From the NCBI GenBank assembly GCA_023140635.1, contig JAGLLG010000007.1:1-32095 (forward strand): 32,095 nt of DNA, in the 5' to 3' direction. Positions 1 through 7,372 of this stretch are shown piece by piece; within the stretch, counting starts at the first letter, position 1; each line of letters opens with the position of its first letter. The position numbers and the translations under genes were made by a program. Source of the stretch: Candidatus Pacearchaeota archaeon. Lineage in GTDB: Archaea; Nanobdellota; Nanobdellia; Pacearchaeales; GW2011-AR1. Under the pieces are notes generated by a model, which ran no database searches, had not been told where the DNA came from, and saw nothing but the letters and a program-made list of their open reading frames with translations.

Positions 1-511
1 CGATTCGTTTTGCTCCTTCAACTGTAAAAGGCAACGTTACAACACCAATTACCAAAGAACCTTGTTTCTTTGCTATTTCAGCCACGACAGGTGCTGCACC
101 AGTCCCAGTCCCCCCACCAAGTCCACAAGTAACAAAAATCAAGTCAGAGTTCGCTAGTTTTTTCTTAATCTCCTGTTGTTGTTCTTTCGCAGCCTCTGCA
201 CCGATCCGAGGGTTCGAACCTGCACCAAGACCTTTAGAAAGTTCTCGCCCAATTAAGACTTTTTGATCAGCATTAGCATAAAGAAGATCTTGCGCATCAG
301 TATTTATTGCAATAATCTCCCCACCTTTGATTCCGATTTCTCTCATTCGAGAGACTGTGTTTCCACCAGCTCCACCAACACCGATAACCTTAATTCTCGC
401 AGACTGCCTCTTCAAAATCTCCTCTAATTCTTGATCTATTTCCAGATTTCCCCTTCCTGGAGGAATAGGATAAATTTCTGAGACATCCCCCTCTTTTAAT
501 ATATCTTCCAT
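1..511 (-). CDS. ftsZ: Cell division GTPase FtsZ, N-terminal part (gene continues past the left edge of the window)
   Basis: Absent from the ORF track because no stop codon lies in the window. Reverse-complement translation from the ATG at 511..509 reads MEDILKEG..RIKVIGVGGAGGNTVSRM..INTDAQDL..GLGAGSNPRIG..FVTCGLGGGTGTGAAPVVAEIAKKQG..TLPFTVEGAKRI. This includes the tubulin/FtsZ GGGTGTG signature and its flanking conserved blocks. Confidence 0.9.
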   Translation of the reverse strand, partial: MEDILKEGDVSEIYPIPPGRGNLEIDQELEEILKRQSARIKVIGVGGAGGNTVSRMREIGIKGGEIIAINTDAQDLLYANADQKVLIGRELSKGLGAGSNPRIGAEAAKEQQQEIKKKLANSDLIFVTCGLGGGTGTGAAPVVAEIAKKQGSLVIGVVTLPFTVEGAKRI

Positions 512-531
512 GATTAAATTTGGTCATGAGA

Positions 532-541
532 GTTTTTAAGG
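532..541 (-). promoter_or_regulatory. A/T box (CCTTAAAAAC on the coding strand) about 21 nt upstream of the ftsZ ATG
   Basis: The same YTTAAAAAC(C) motif recurs at a similar distance before FKBP, secY and the tRNA cluster. The spacing fits an archaeal TATA box with a leaderless mRNA. Confidence 0.45.
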
Positions 542-617
542 ATTTAGAGCATTTAGTAGATATAATCTATGTTTATCAAAATTGAAATCTACCTGCTCGA
601 TATTTTTTTAGGAAAGA

Positions 618-625
618 TTTATAAA
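618..625 (+). promoter_or_regulatory. TTTATAAA box upstream of the 180-aa ORF
   Basis: Canonical archaeal TATA-like octamer in the divergent ftsZ/ORF180 intergenic region. Confidence 0.4.
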
Positions 626-665
626 TTTTTACTCAATCAAAGTAGAGGAATAATTAAATATAAAA

Positions 666-1208
666 ATGGAAGAAATATTCTCAAAATGGTCTTCACTTGA
701 AGAGAGACTAGATGTTAAGAGAAAAGAGAAGGACAATATTCCTCCAATTATAAAAGAACAGCGTTTAATTAGTATGATTAAATCAGTATTCAAATACCCA
801 AAAGAGGCTGGGATATTTATTGATATTGTAACTGCAGAAAAAGAGATTAACAAGCAACTTGAATATCTTGGTAATCAGTATATTGAGCGTCTTGAGTTCT
901 TTCCTGGAAGCAAAGAAAGCTATGAGCAACGGATGGAGTACAAAGTTGAGTTTGTTAAGGATCTTTCAAAAGTAACTAAATCAAGCAAAGATATTGATAA
1001 CTATTGTGCTTTTATCGCAAAGGAAATGCTGATAAACGGTCACTATATTAAAATAGTTGAACCTTCTCTGGACTTGTTAATGTTAAATAAAGTCATTGCT
1101 GTCGTTGATTCAAGAATTACCAGCAATTCATCTGCTAGCGAATCCTGGAGTTCAAGTCATAAAATGGAAGAAAAGTTGGAATATGGTGTACCTGTAAGAA
1201 GAGCTTAA
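666..1208 (+). CDS. Hypothetical protein (180 aa), divergent from ftsZ
   Basis: Long ORF with a TATA-like box upstream. I recognise no motif in it. Confidence 0.5.
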   Translation: MEEIFSKWSSLEERLDVKRKEKDNIPPIIKEQRLISMIKSVFKYPKEAGIFIDIVTAEKEINKQLEYLGNQYIERLEFFPGSKESYEQRMEYKVEFVKDLSKVTKSSKDIDNYCAFIAKEMLINGHYIKIVEPSLDLLMLNKVIAVVDSRITSNSSASESWSSSHKMEEKLEYGVPVRRA

Positions 1209-1304
1209 GAAGAATTTTTTGAAACAACGCTTTCCTCGATAGAAGCCAATCTGACCACAGTCTTATAATAAAATCTATAAGATTTTCCCATAACAATAGT
1301 TCTA

Positions 1305-1964
1305 TTAGTCATCCCTTTCTTTTTCCTTCCCCTCAACAACCTCAGCCTCAACCTTCAACCCAAGAATCTCCTCGAATTTCGGTGCAAACATTTTCACAAA
1401 CGGCTCCATCTGTTTCTCAACCTTAAACGTAACAACCTCACCCTTCACATCAAACTCAAACTTCCTTCTAAACAAAAATTCCTGCAACGCATCAACCTTC
1501 TCTTTCTCGTCAGTCACAATTTTCCCAATCTTATACTTATAAGTTACTTTCTTTCCTGCAAGAGGATTATTAAAATCAACCAAAGTCCGGCCCCTGTCAC
1601 TTGACAAAATCCTAACCAGTTGCCCGTCGAGTGAAAGTTGCATACCTCGTTGCGGGTCAATCTTTTGCTCATGAAATAGTTTCGTCGGAATCATCCGAAC
1701 CATCTGAGGATTCCGTTTCCCAAAAGCATCCTCAGGCTGAAGGTCTATAGTATAAGACTTACCAGCCTCTTTCCCCTCGAGATCTTCATCAAAACCCTTC
1801 GGCAACATCTTATGCCCAACTGAAAGAACAAAAGGTTTCATATTTTTAACATCTAATCCAGCCTTCTCAGCGTCTGCTTTTATGTTTGTATCAAAGATCT
1901 CATTAGTACCACTAATCCCTCCAGTAAACTCAACTTCGATAAAATCATTTTTCTTAACTGCCAT
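1305..1964 (-). CDS. FKBP-type peptidyl-prolyl cis-trans isomerase, long archaeal type (SlyD-like with IF insert and C-terminal domain)
   Basis: The N-terminus VEFTGG..FDTN.., the ..LPKGFDEDLEGKEAGKSYTIDLQPEDAFGKRNP.. block and ..RTLVDFNNPLAGKKVTYKYKI.. are typical FKBP/SlyD blocks. Confidence 0.85.
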   Translation of the reverse strand: MAVKKNDFIEVEFTGGISGTNEIFDTNIKADAEKAGLDVKNMKPFVLSVGHKMLPKGFDEDLEGKEAGKSYTIDLQPEDAFGKRNPQMVRMIPTKLFHEQKIDPQRGMQLSLDGQLVRILSSDRGRTLVDFNNPLAGKKVTYKYKIGKIVTDEKEKVDALQEFLFRRKFEFDVKGEVVTFKVEKQMEPFVKMFAPKFEEILGLKVEAEVVEGKEKERDD

Positions 1965-1983
1965 ATTGGTTTGGAGAAATAGA

Positions 1984-1993
1984 GGTTTTTAAG
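1984..1993 (-). promoter_or_regulatory. A/T box (CTTAAAAACC on the coding strand) 20 nt upstream of the FKBP ATG
   Basis: Motif and spacing are shared with the ftsZ, secY and tRNA promoters. Confidence 0.45.
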
Positions 1994-2067
1994 TTTTAGG
2001 GAATTAATCAAAAACCAAAGTTTTTACCCAGTAGGTAACTCTGACGAGTTAAATTTATTGTGCAAAG

Positions 2068-2076
2068 TTTTATAAA
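2068..2076 (+). promoter_or_regulatory. TTTTATAAA box upstream of aIF5A
   Basis: The box ends 16 nt before ATG 2092 and 22 nt before the in-frame ATG 2098. The real leaderless start may therefore be 2098. Confidence 0.45.
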
Positions 2077-2091
2077 TGATTTTTTTTTCTG

Positions 2092-2487
2092 ATGAATATG
2101 GTATCTAAAGTTATTGATGCGACGGAAATGCGTGTAGGCACGTATATTATAATTGACGGAGGGGTCTATCAAGTTAAGAAAATGGACATCTCTAAAACTG
2201 GAAAACACGGACACGCGAAGGTTCGGTTTGAAGCTGTCTCGATTTTATCTGGAAAAAAGAAAGTCCAAGTTGTTCCAGGACATGACCGATTTGAAGTTCC
2301 AATGATTGACAAAAGACAGGGACAAGTTTTATCCGTCAATGGAGAAACCGCGAGCATCATGGATAACGAGAATTTTGAGAACTATGATTTAGTAATTCCA
2401 GAAGATTTGAAAGACTCCGTTACCGACGGTGTGACTGTAGAGTACTGGGATGTCGAAGGCGATAAATTAATCAAGAAGGTGATGTAA
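2092..2487 (+). CDS. eif5a: Translation initiation factor 5A (aIF5A)
   Basis: Contains the hypusination-site motif ..SKTGKHGHAKVRF.. and has the typical ~130 aa length. The alternative start is 2098. Confidence 0.92.
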   Translation: MNMVSKVIDATEMRVGTYIIIDGGVYQVKKMDISKTGKHGHAKVRFEAVSILSGKKKVQVVPGHDRFEVPMIDKRQGQVLSVNGETASIMDNENFENYDLVIPEDLKDSVTDGVTVEYWDVEGDKLIKKVM

Positions 2488-2651
2488 TGGCGGTAAAACT
2501 TCCAGCTGCACAAAACAGATTATACAAAAATGCATTTGTATGTAAGGTTTGTAAACACAAAATGAAACTCGAGTCCTTAAAAATTTTGACAGGGAAGGCG
2601 AGATGTCGAAAATGTGGCGGACGAGATTTCCGACCTGTCAGGAAGAAGTAA
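2487..2651 (+). CDS. rpl40e: Ribosomal protein L40e (54 aa zinc-ribbon protein)
   Basis: Below the ORF-track size cutoff, so translated by hand: MAVKLPAAQNRLYKNAFVCKVCKHKMKLESLKILTGKARCRKCGGRDFRPVRKK. It has the CxxC..CRKCG pattern and basic tail of archaeal L40e. Its ATG overlaps the aIF5A stop (TAATG). Confidence 0.75.
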   Translation: MAVKLPAAQNRLYKNAFVCKVCKHKMKLESLKILTGKARCRKCGGRDFRPVRKK

Positions 2652-2741
2652 TTACAATCCTCTGGTTTCTATTAAGTATATTAAGATTATCAACACTAAA
2701 ACTGGCATTACCTATATAAACCTTCGAAATGATATTTTAAC

Positions 2742-4184
2742 ATGGTGAGTTTTTGGGTTTACGACGTCGGGTTTATGATTTTATTCAGTGTATTCGTAGC
2801 TTGGTTTCTTTCCTCTCGGAAAAAAAGTTTGAGTCGCGAAGGGATTATCTTTATGTATCGAACAAAATTTGGAATGAATGCAATAAAATATGTCGGAGAT
2901 AATTTCAAAGGTGTGTTGCATAAATTAAAATATGTTGTTGTTGCCGTCGGTGTTGCATTGATGAGTATAATGATTTGGATGTTAGGAAAAACACTTTTAA
3001 TTTATATTATGAATCCAGAGATCACAGAAACGATTAAAGCTCCTCCAATTGCCCCCCTAATTCCTTATTTCCCGAAGCTGTTTGGAATGGAGAATTTGTT
3101 CCCACCATTTTACTTTACTTATTTTATTTTAGCCTTGGCGATTGTTGCGATTGTCCACGAATTTTCCCACGGAGTTTTTATGAGATTATTTAAAATTAAA
3201 ATTAAGTCTACAGGTTTAGTTTTTCTCGGTCCAATTTTAGGAGCGTTTGTCGAGGAGGAGAAAAAAGGATTTGAAAAAAAGAAAACATTAGAGCAGATGA
3301 CAGTTTTGGGAGCAGGAGTTTTCGCGAACCTAATTTTCGCTTTAATATTCTACGGACTTTATGTTTTGTTTTTCTTCTCGTCGTTTGCCGCATCAGGATA
3401 CGTGTTTAATACTTATGCAGCTCAAGAAGTTCCAATTGATTTAATCGATACAATTGGAAGAGACATAGGACCCACGACGGTATTTTTTAATGAAGGATCC
3501 TTAAAGATGAACATTACTATGAATCTTACCGGGGCAAAAGTGGGGGGGGGAGATTATTTTATGAGTACAAAAATAAAGGAACTTCTTTTGAAAGGTGTAG
3601 AAATTAATAACTACACTACAGTTTTATTTGTTAAATCTCCAGCAATCTTAGCGCAGATGCGCGGAGCAATCGTTCAAGCAGATGACGTAAAGATCATGAA
3701 TCAAGATGATTTAATAAAGTTCTTACAAAGTAAGGAACCCGGCGACGAGGTTAAATTTGTAACAGAAAACGACGACGGCATCCATGAATATATTTTTAAT
3801 TTGGGCGCCCACCCCCTCGATAGTAGTGTAGCATATTTAGGCGTCGGGAATTCTCAAGTTAAGCCCGAAGAATTTGTTCAGAAAATTTTAATAGGATTCA
3901 TGTCCTTCAAAGATCCTTCTACATTGTATAAACCGACATGGGACGGGGAGTTTGTTTACTTTATCTACCATTTACTTTGGTGGATTATGGTTATTAACTT
4001 ACTTGTAGCATTGTTCAACATGATGCCTCTTGGAATGCTCGACGGTGGAAGATTCTTTTATCTTACAATCTTATCAATCACTCGTTCAGAAAAAATTGCA
4101 AAACAAGCGTTTAAATTTGCAACGTATGCAATCTTATTTGTGTTCTTATTATTGATGTTCTTTTGGTTCATTAGGATAATTTAA
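2742..4184 (+). CDS. Site-2 protease family (M50) membrane zinc metalloprotease with PDZ-like insert
   Basis: HEFSHG (HExxH) lies in a TM segment, the C-terminal NMMPLGMLDGG (NxxPxxxLDG) motif is present, and a PDZ-like stretch ..SPAILAQMRGAIVQADDVKIMNQDDL..PGDEVKF.. sits between the TM blocks. Confidence 0.85.
   Translation: MVSFWVYDVGFMILFSVFVAWFLSSRKKSLSREGIIFMYRTKFGMNAIKYVGDNFKGVLHKLKYVVVAVGVALMSIMIWMLGKTLLIYIMNPEITETIKAPPIAPLIPYFPKLFGMENLFPPFYFTYFILALAIVAIVHEFSHGVFMRLFKIKIKSTGLVFLGPILGAFVEEEKKGFEKKKTLEQMTVLGAGVFANLIFALIFYGLYVLFFFSSFAASGYVFNTYAAQEVPIDLIDTIGRDIGPTTVFFNEGSLKMNITMNLTGAKVGGGDYFMSTKIKELLLKGVEINNYTTVLFVKSPAILAQMRGAIVQADDVKIMNQDDLIKFLQSKEPGDEVKFVTENDDGIHEYIFNLGAHPLDSSVAYLGVGNSQVKPEEFVQKILIGFMSFKDPSTLYKPTWDGEFVYFIYHLLWWIMVINLLVALFNMMPLGMLDGGRFFYLTILSITRSEKIAKQAFKFATYAILFVFLLLMFFWFIRII
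3542..3550 (+). repeat. G9 homopolymer inside the S2P coding sequence
   Basis: aaagtGGGGGGGGGagat encodes K-V-G-G-G-D. It is the longest G run I saw in this AT-rich window. Confidence 0.9.
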
Positions 4185-4268
4185 TAAAATATTTAAAGGG
4201 AGTTATCGTTAATAAATCGGGATGTTTAGTTCAACGGATCCCTAACTAAATAAACTGAGGTGAAAAAC

Positions 4269-4448
4269 ATGGCTTTACCAAAAACTCCAAAACAGTGCGA
4301 CATTAAGATTAAGTCTCTTAAGAAACAAGTAACTGTAATGGAAAAAAGAAGGAAGACTCTTGCTACTGTTAAAAAAAAGGTTAAGAAAAAAGTAGTAAAG
4401 AAGAAACCTGTTAAAAAAAAGGTTACTCGAAAGAAAAAGAGAAGGTAA
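4269..4448 (+). CDS. Small lysine-rich basic protein (59 aa), function unknown
   Basis: GAGGTGA (4257..4263) lies 5 nt before ATG 4269. The protein MALPKTPKQCDIKIKSLKKQ..KKKVKKKVVKKKPVKKKVTRKKKRR has a very basic tail. The track start at 4260 is a GTG inside the SD-like element. Confidence 0.45.
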   Translation: MALPKTPKQCDIKIKSLKKQVTVMEKRRKTLATVKKKVKKKVVKKKPVKKKVTRKKKRR

Positions 4449-4458
4449 ACAACCAACA

Positions 4459-4478
4459 TTTTATTTTTATTTTTTTTG
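4459..4478 (+). terminator. Oligo-T tracts after the lysine-rich ORF
   Basis: cattttatttttattttttttgat follows the stop codon. Archaeal RNA polymerase terminates at T runs. Confidence 0.35.
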
Positions 4479-4483
4479 ATTAA

Positions 4484-4492
4484 TTTTATAAA
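4484..4492 (+). promoter_or_regulatory. TTTTATAAA box 22 nt upstream of the taw1 ATG
   Basis: Consensus box with leaderless spacing. Confidence 0.5.
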
Positions 4493-4513
4493 TAACTTCT
4501 TTGTTTTTTTATA

Positions 4514-5536
4514 ATGGAGAAGTATAGTATTAGCGAAGCCAAGAGTAAGTTGGCGGAAGAAGGTTATGGTATTGTTGGAGATCATAGTGCCGTAAAGATT
4601 TGCCTTTGGACAAAACACGCTCTTCGAGGAGAAAGTGTGTGTTGGAAGGAAAAATTTTATGGTGTTAGTTCCGCAGGTTGTTGTCAAATGACTCCGAGTT
4701 TATTTCATTGCGAGAACAAATGTCTTCATTGTTGGAGAAATTTAGATTATACCTCAGATAAAAAAATAAAAGATGCCGACAGCCCAAAAGAAATTCTCAA
4801 CGGAATTGTTGAAGCAAGGAAAAATTTGTTGATGGGCTTTAAAGGTCGGAAGGGAATTGATTTAAAGAAGTTCGAGGAAGCACTTGAGCCAAAGTTGTAT
4901 ACTATGAGCTTATCGGGAGAGCCGACGCTGTATCCTCGATTAGGAGAAATGTTTAAAGAAATTCGAAGACGACAAGCAGTTTCGTTTCTAGTCACGAACG
5001 GTCTAAACCCGGAAGTAATCGCAGAGTTTAAAGACGACGAACTGCCAACACAAATTACAGTTTCGACGAATGCTCCAAACGAAAAACTGTTTAAAATTTG
5101 GCATCGGTCGACGAAGAAAGATGCTTGGGAAGAATTTAATGAGACTTTGGAAGTGATTAGAAATTTGAAAGGAAAGGTTCGGAGAGTGATTCGATTGACT
5201 TTAGTTAAAATTGGAAAAGATGGAGAATTCAATAAAACAACTAACATGTCCGACGAGAATGTTGAGGAATATTGTGATTTGATTAGAAAGGCAGAGCCGG
5301 ATTTTATTCATGTTAAAGGATTCAAAAGCGTAGGTTATGCTCGAGCTCGAATGGGTTATGATAACCAACCCTGGTTTGAAGAAGTTAAAGAGTATGCTGA
5401 GAAAATTAGGAAAGGTTTATCCTCGAAGGATGACTCTGGTGACCCTGAAGGATATGAAATTGTGGGAGAAGACGAGAGAAGTTGTGTTGTGATGTTGGCG
5501 AAAGAAGGGGGTGAGTTGAGGATTAGAAGAGTCTAA
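4514..5536 (+). CDS. taw1: tRNA 4-demethylwyosine synthase (radical SAM, Tyw1/Taw1)
   Basis: An N-terminal Cys cluster ..AVKICLWTKHALRGESVCWKEKFYG..CCQMTP.. is followed by the radical-SAM CENKCLHC (CxxxCxxC) motif and ..SLSGEPTLYP... Length is typical of Taw1. Confidence 0.85.
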   Translation: MEKYSISEAKSKLAEEGYGIVGDHSAVKICLWTKHALRGESVCWKEKFYGVSSAGCCQMTPSLFHCENKCLHCWRNLDYTSDKKIKDADSPKEILNGIVEARKNLLMGFKGRKGIDLKKFEEALEPKLYTMSLSGEPTLYPRLGEMFKEIRRRQAVSFLVTNGLNPEVIAEFKDDELPTQITVSTNAPNEKLFKIWHRSTKKDAWEEFNETLEVIRNLKGKVRRVIRLTLVKIGKDGEFNKTTNMSDENVEEYCDLIRKAEPDFIHVKGFKSVGYARARMGYDNQPWFEEVKEYAEKIRKGLSSKDDSGDPEGYEIVGEDERSCVVMLAKEGGELRIRRV

Positions 5537-5544
5537 AAATATTT

Positions 5545-6228
5545 TTAAGCTAAATTATCATTTACAACGATTATTCTTCCATCTGAGTTAGAGCTCGCCA
5601 AATCACCTTGGTCGGATTTAAAGTCACCCTCTGGAAAAACACCCAATCTTGAAAGACCACCTTCTTGTGTACAAAGGGTTCTGTTTCCATTTTCATCAAA
5701 AATTGGAATTCCTTTTTCATTAGTTTTTGAAAATGTCTTTCCATTATATCTATCACTTAGTTCAGGTACTTCGTAGAATCTTGTTTTGTTTGTTGTTTTA
5801 AATTTTAAGCCGTAAATAGAATTTGCGGATTCTTCAAGACTTAAACCATACACAATTACAGGATTCCCTAAAGGAATTTTTTTAATTTGATTCTCTAAAT
5901 CTCTTGCTAAAAAATTATTTGGACTATAATAATCTCTTTTACCTCTTAAAACAACAGCCGGAGCATCAATATGAAATTCATAAATCCAATTCCCATGCTG
6001 TTCTACAATTAATCCTAAATCTGACAAGGTAGCAACCTTAACTCCCTGGTTTTGTAGTTCAATAATCTTAAATATACTAGAAGAAACATTCAAATTCTTT
6101 CTCGCTCTTTCTGAAGAATATTTTTTATTTACAAGTTCCTTATATTTTCCTTCTTCATCCGCAGATAAAAATCTTACAGTAGGCAATTCTAAATTTCTTG
6201 GAATTATTGTTTTATAATTTTGTTCCAT
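5545..6228 (-). CDS. Hypothetical soluble protein (227 aa), second gene of a two-gene operon
   Basis: Long ORF 35 nt downstream of the 117-aa ORF on the same strand. No TM segments and no motif I recognise. Confidence 0.5.
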   Translation of the reverse strand: MEQNYKTIIPRNLELPTVRFLSADEEGKYKELVNKKYSSERARKNLNVSSSIFKIIELQNQGVKVATLSDLGLIVEQHGNWIYEFHIDAPAVVLRGKRDYYSPNNFLARDLENQIKKIPLGNPVIVYGLSLEESANSIYGLKFKTTNKTRFYEVPELSDRYNGKTFSKTNEKGIPIFDENGNRTLCTQEGGLSRLGVFPEGDFKSDQGDLASSNSDGRIIVVNDNLA

Positions 6229-6262
6229 TTTTTAATATAAATTTAATCATTTTACCTAATAC

Positions 6263-6616
6263 TTACAACATCACGATCCCATCCTTAGTCAAAGCCGCAA
6301 ACCTAACACCGACAGGCAAACCCAACAAAGCAGATTGCAACGCCATATGCTCCTTCCCATTCCCAGAAGCTATTGAAAGCGCTACTTCAAGCCCCGCGAA
6401 TTTCCCTTCGAGTTTTTTTCCAAGTTCTTTTTTCAACTGAATCAAAGACTTATTCGAATCGAACTCCACGAAATCAAAAGGAACTCCCTGAACAGTAAAC
6501 TCCCTCGCGAACGAAGTTCCAACAACAATGATTTTTTCCCACTCACCTTTCTGCATCAGACCAGCGACCTGTCCCCAAGTCCCTTTCCCAGTTGATAGTA
6601 ATGCGACGAGTTCCAT
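6263..6616 (-). CDS. Hypothetical small alpha/beta protein (117 aa)
   Basis: The ORF has a TTAAATAT box about 25 nt upstream. The N-terminal LVALLSTGKGTWG and ..SIASGNGKEHMALQSALLGL.. pattern suggests a Rossmann-like ligand-binding fold. G+C is higher than in its neighbours. Confidence 0.5.
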   Translation of the reverse strand: MELVALLSTGKGTWGQVAGLMQKGEWEKIIVVGTSFAREFTVQGVPFDFVEFDSNKSLIQLKKELGKKLEGKFAGLEVALSIASGNGKEHMALQSALLGLPVGVRFAALTKDGIVML

Positions 6617-6667
6617 AAACTTTTTCAGAGTAATCGATATTTAAGGATTGTTGTGGTGAAAAGTAAG

Positions 6668-6676
6668 TTTTATAAA
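6668..6676 (+). promoter_or_regulatory. TTTTATAAA box of the L1-L10-L12 operon
   Basis: It lies 76 nt before the L1 ATG, which leaves a ~50-nt leader able to fold (6698..6708 pairs with 6734..6748). Confidence 0.45.
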
Positions 6677-6751
6677 CTAAACTTTCACCTAATTTACACT
6701 ACTGTTAGTAGTAGACGAAAGTCGAAATAAATTCTAACAGTTTTTAGTACC

Positions 6752-7372
6752 ATGGAAATTAAAAAAGCATTAGCTGAATTACGAAAAGAAAAGAAAAGAA
6801 AGTTTGTACAGACTGTAGACCTAGTTATGAATCTAAAGAATTTCGATGTTAGAAAAGAAGCATTGAATACTTTTGTTTCTGTTCCACATCCTAGCGAGAA
6901 AAAATTAGCAGCGTTTCTAACAAAAAAGTCAAAATTAATTGATACAATTACCGAGGACGACTTTGTTAAATACAAAGAAATGAAAGACATTAAAAAACTC
7001 GCAAAGAAATATGACGCTTTTATCGCAGTTGCTCCTATGATGGGAAAGATTGCTACTAAGTTCGGTCGAGTTTTTGGTCCAATGAATCGAATGCCAAGTC
7101 CTCAAGCGGGAATCATTCCTCAAGAAAAAGATGAGATGATCAACGCAATGATCGAGAAGATGAAAAAATCTATCCGAGTTAAGAATAAAGAGATGGCCAT
7201 TAAGTTAGCTGTTGGAAAAGAAGACATGGATGATGGAGAATTGGAAGAAAATATCACTACAGTCATCAAGGCACTTGAGAAGGTTCTTCCGAGAGGTAGG
7301 GATAATGTTAAAGAAGTTTTGATTAAGTTCACTATGACTAAACCTATAACAATTGTGGAGGCAAAAAGATAA
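6752..7372 (+). CDS. rpl1: Ribosomal protein L1
   Basis: MEIKKALAELRKEKKRKFVQTVDLVMNLKNFDVRK.. matches L1, and the gene sits in the L1-L10-L12 order. Confidence 0.93.
   Translation: MEIKKALAELRKEKKRKFVQTVDLVMNLKNFDVRKEALNTFVSVPHPSEKKLAAFLTKKSKLIDTITEDDFVKYKEMKDIKKLAKKYDAFIAVAPMMGKIATKFGRVFGPMNRMPSPQAGIIPQEKDEMINAMIEKMKKSIRVKNKEMAIKLAVGKEDMDDGELEENITTVIKALEKVLPRGRDNVKEVLIKFTMTKPITIVEAKR

Noticed and set aside
4226-4687. 153-aa minus-strand ORF, and similar antisense or alternate-frame ORFs in the track (e.g. 629..853, 2008..2214, 2169..2360, 3208..3393, 4747..5247, 6198..6440, 6694..6990, 6935..7408, 7544..7916, 10959..11720, 13280..13507, 16855..17269, 17688..17909, 19580..19816, 20138..20683, 21022..21993, 22663..22932, 23160..23351, 23754..24053, 24335..24772, 24895..25257, 25325..25943, 26887..27336, 28852..29118, 29314..29526, 29853..30089, 30662..30868)
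   Set aside because: They lie opposite or out of frame to CDSs with clear family signatures. Their low-complexity F/L/S/I-rich products are what the antisense of K/E-rich AT-rich genes yields, and none has its own promoter box.
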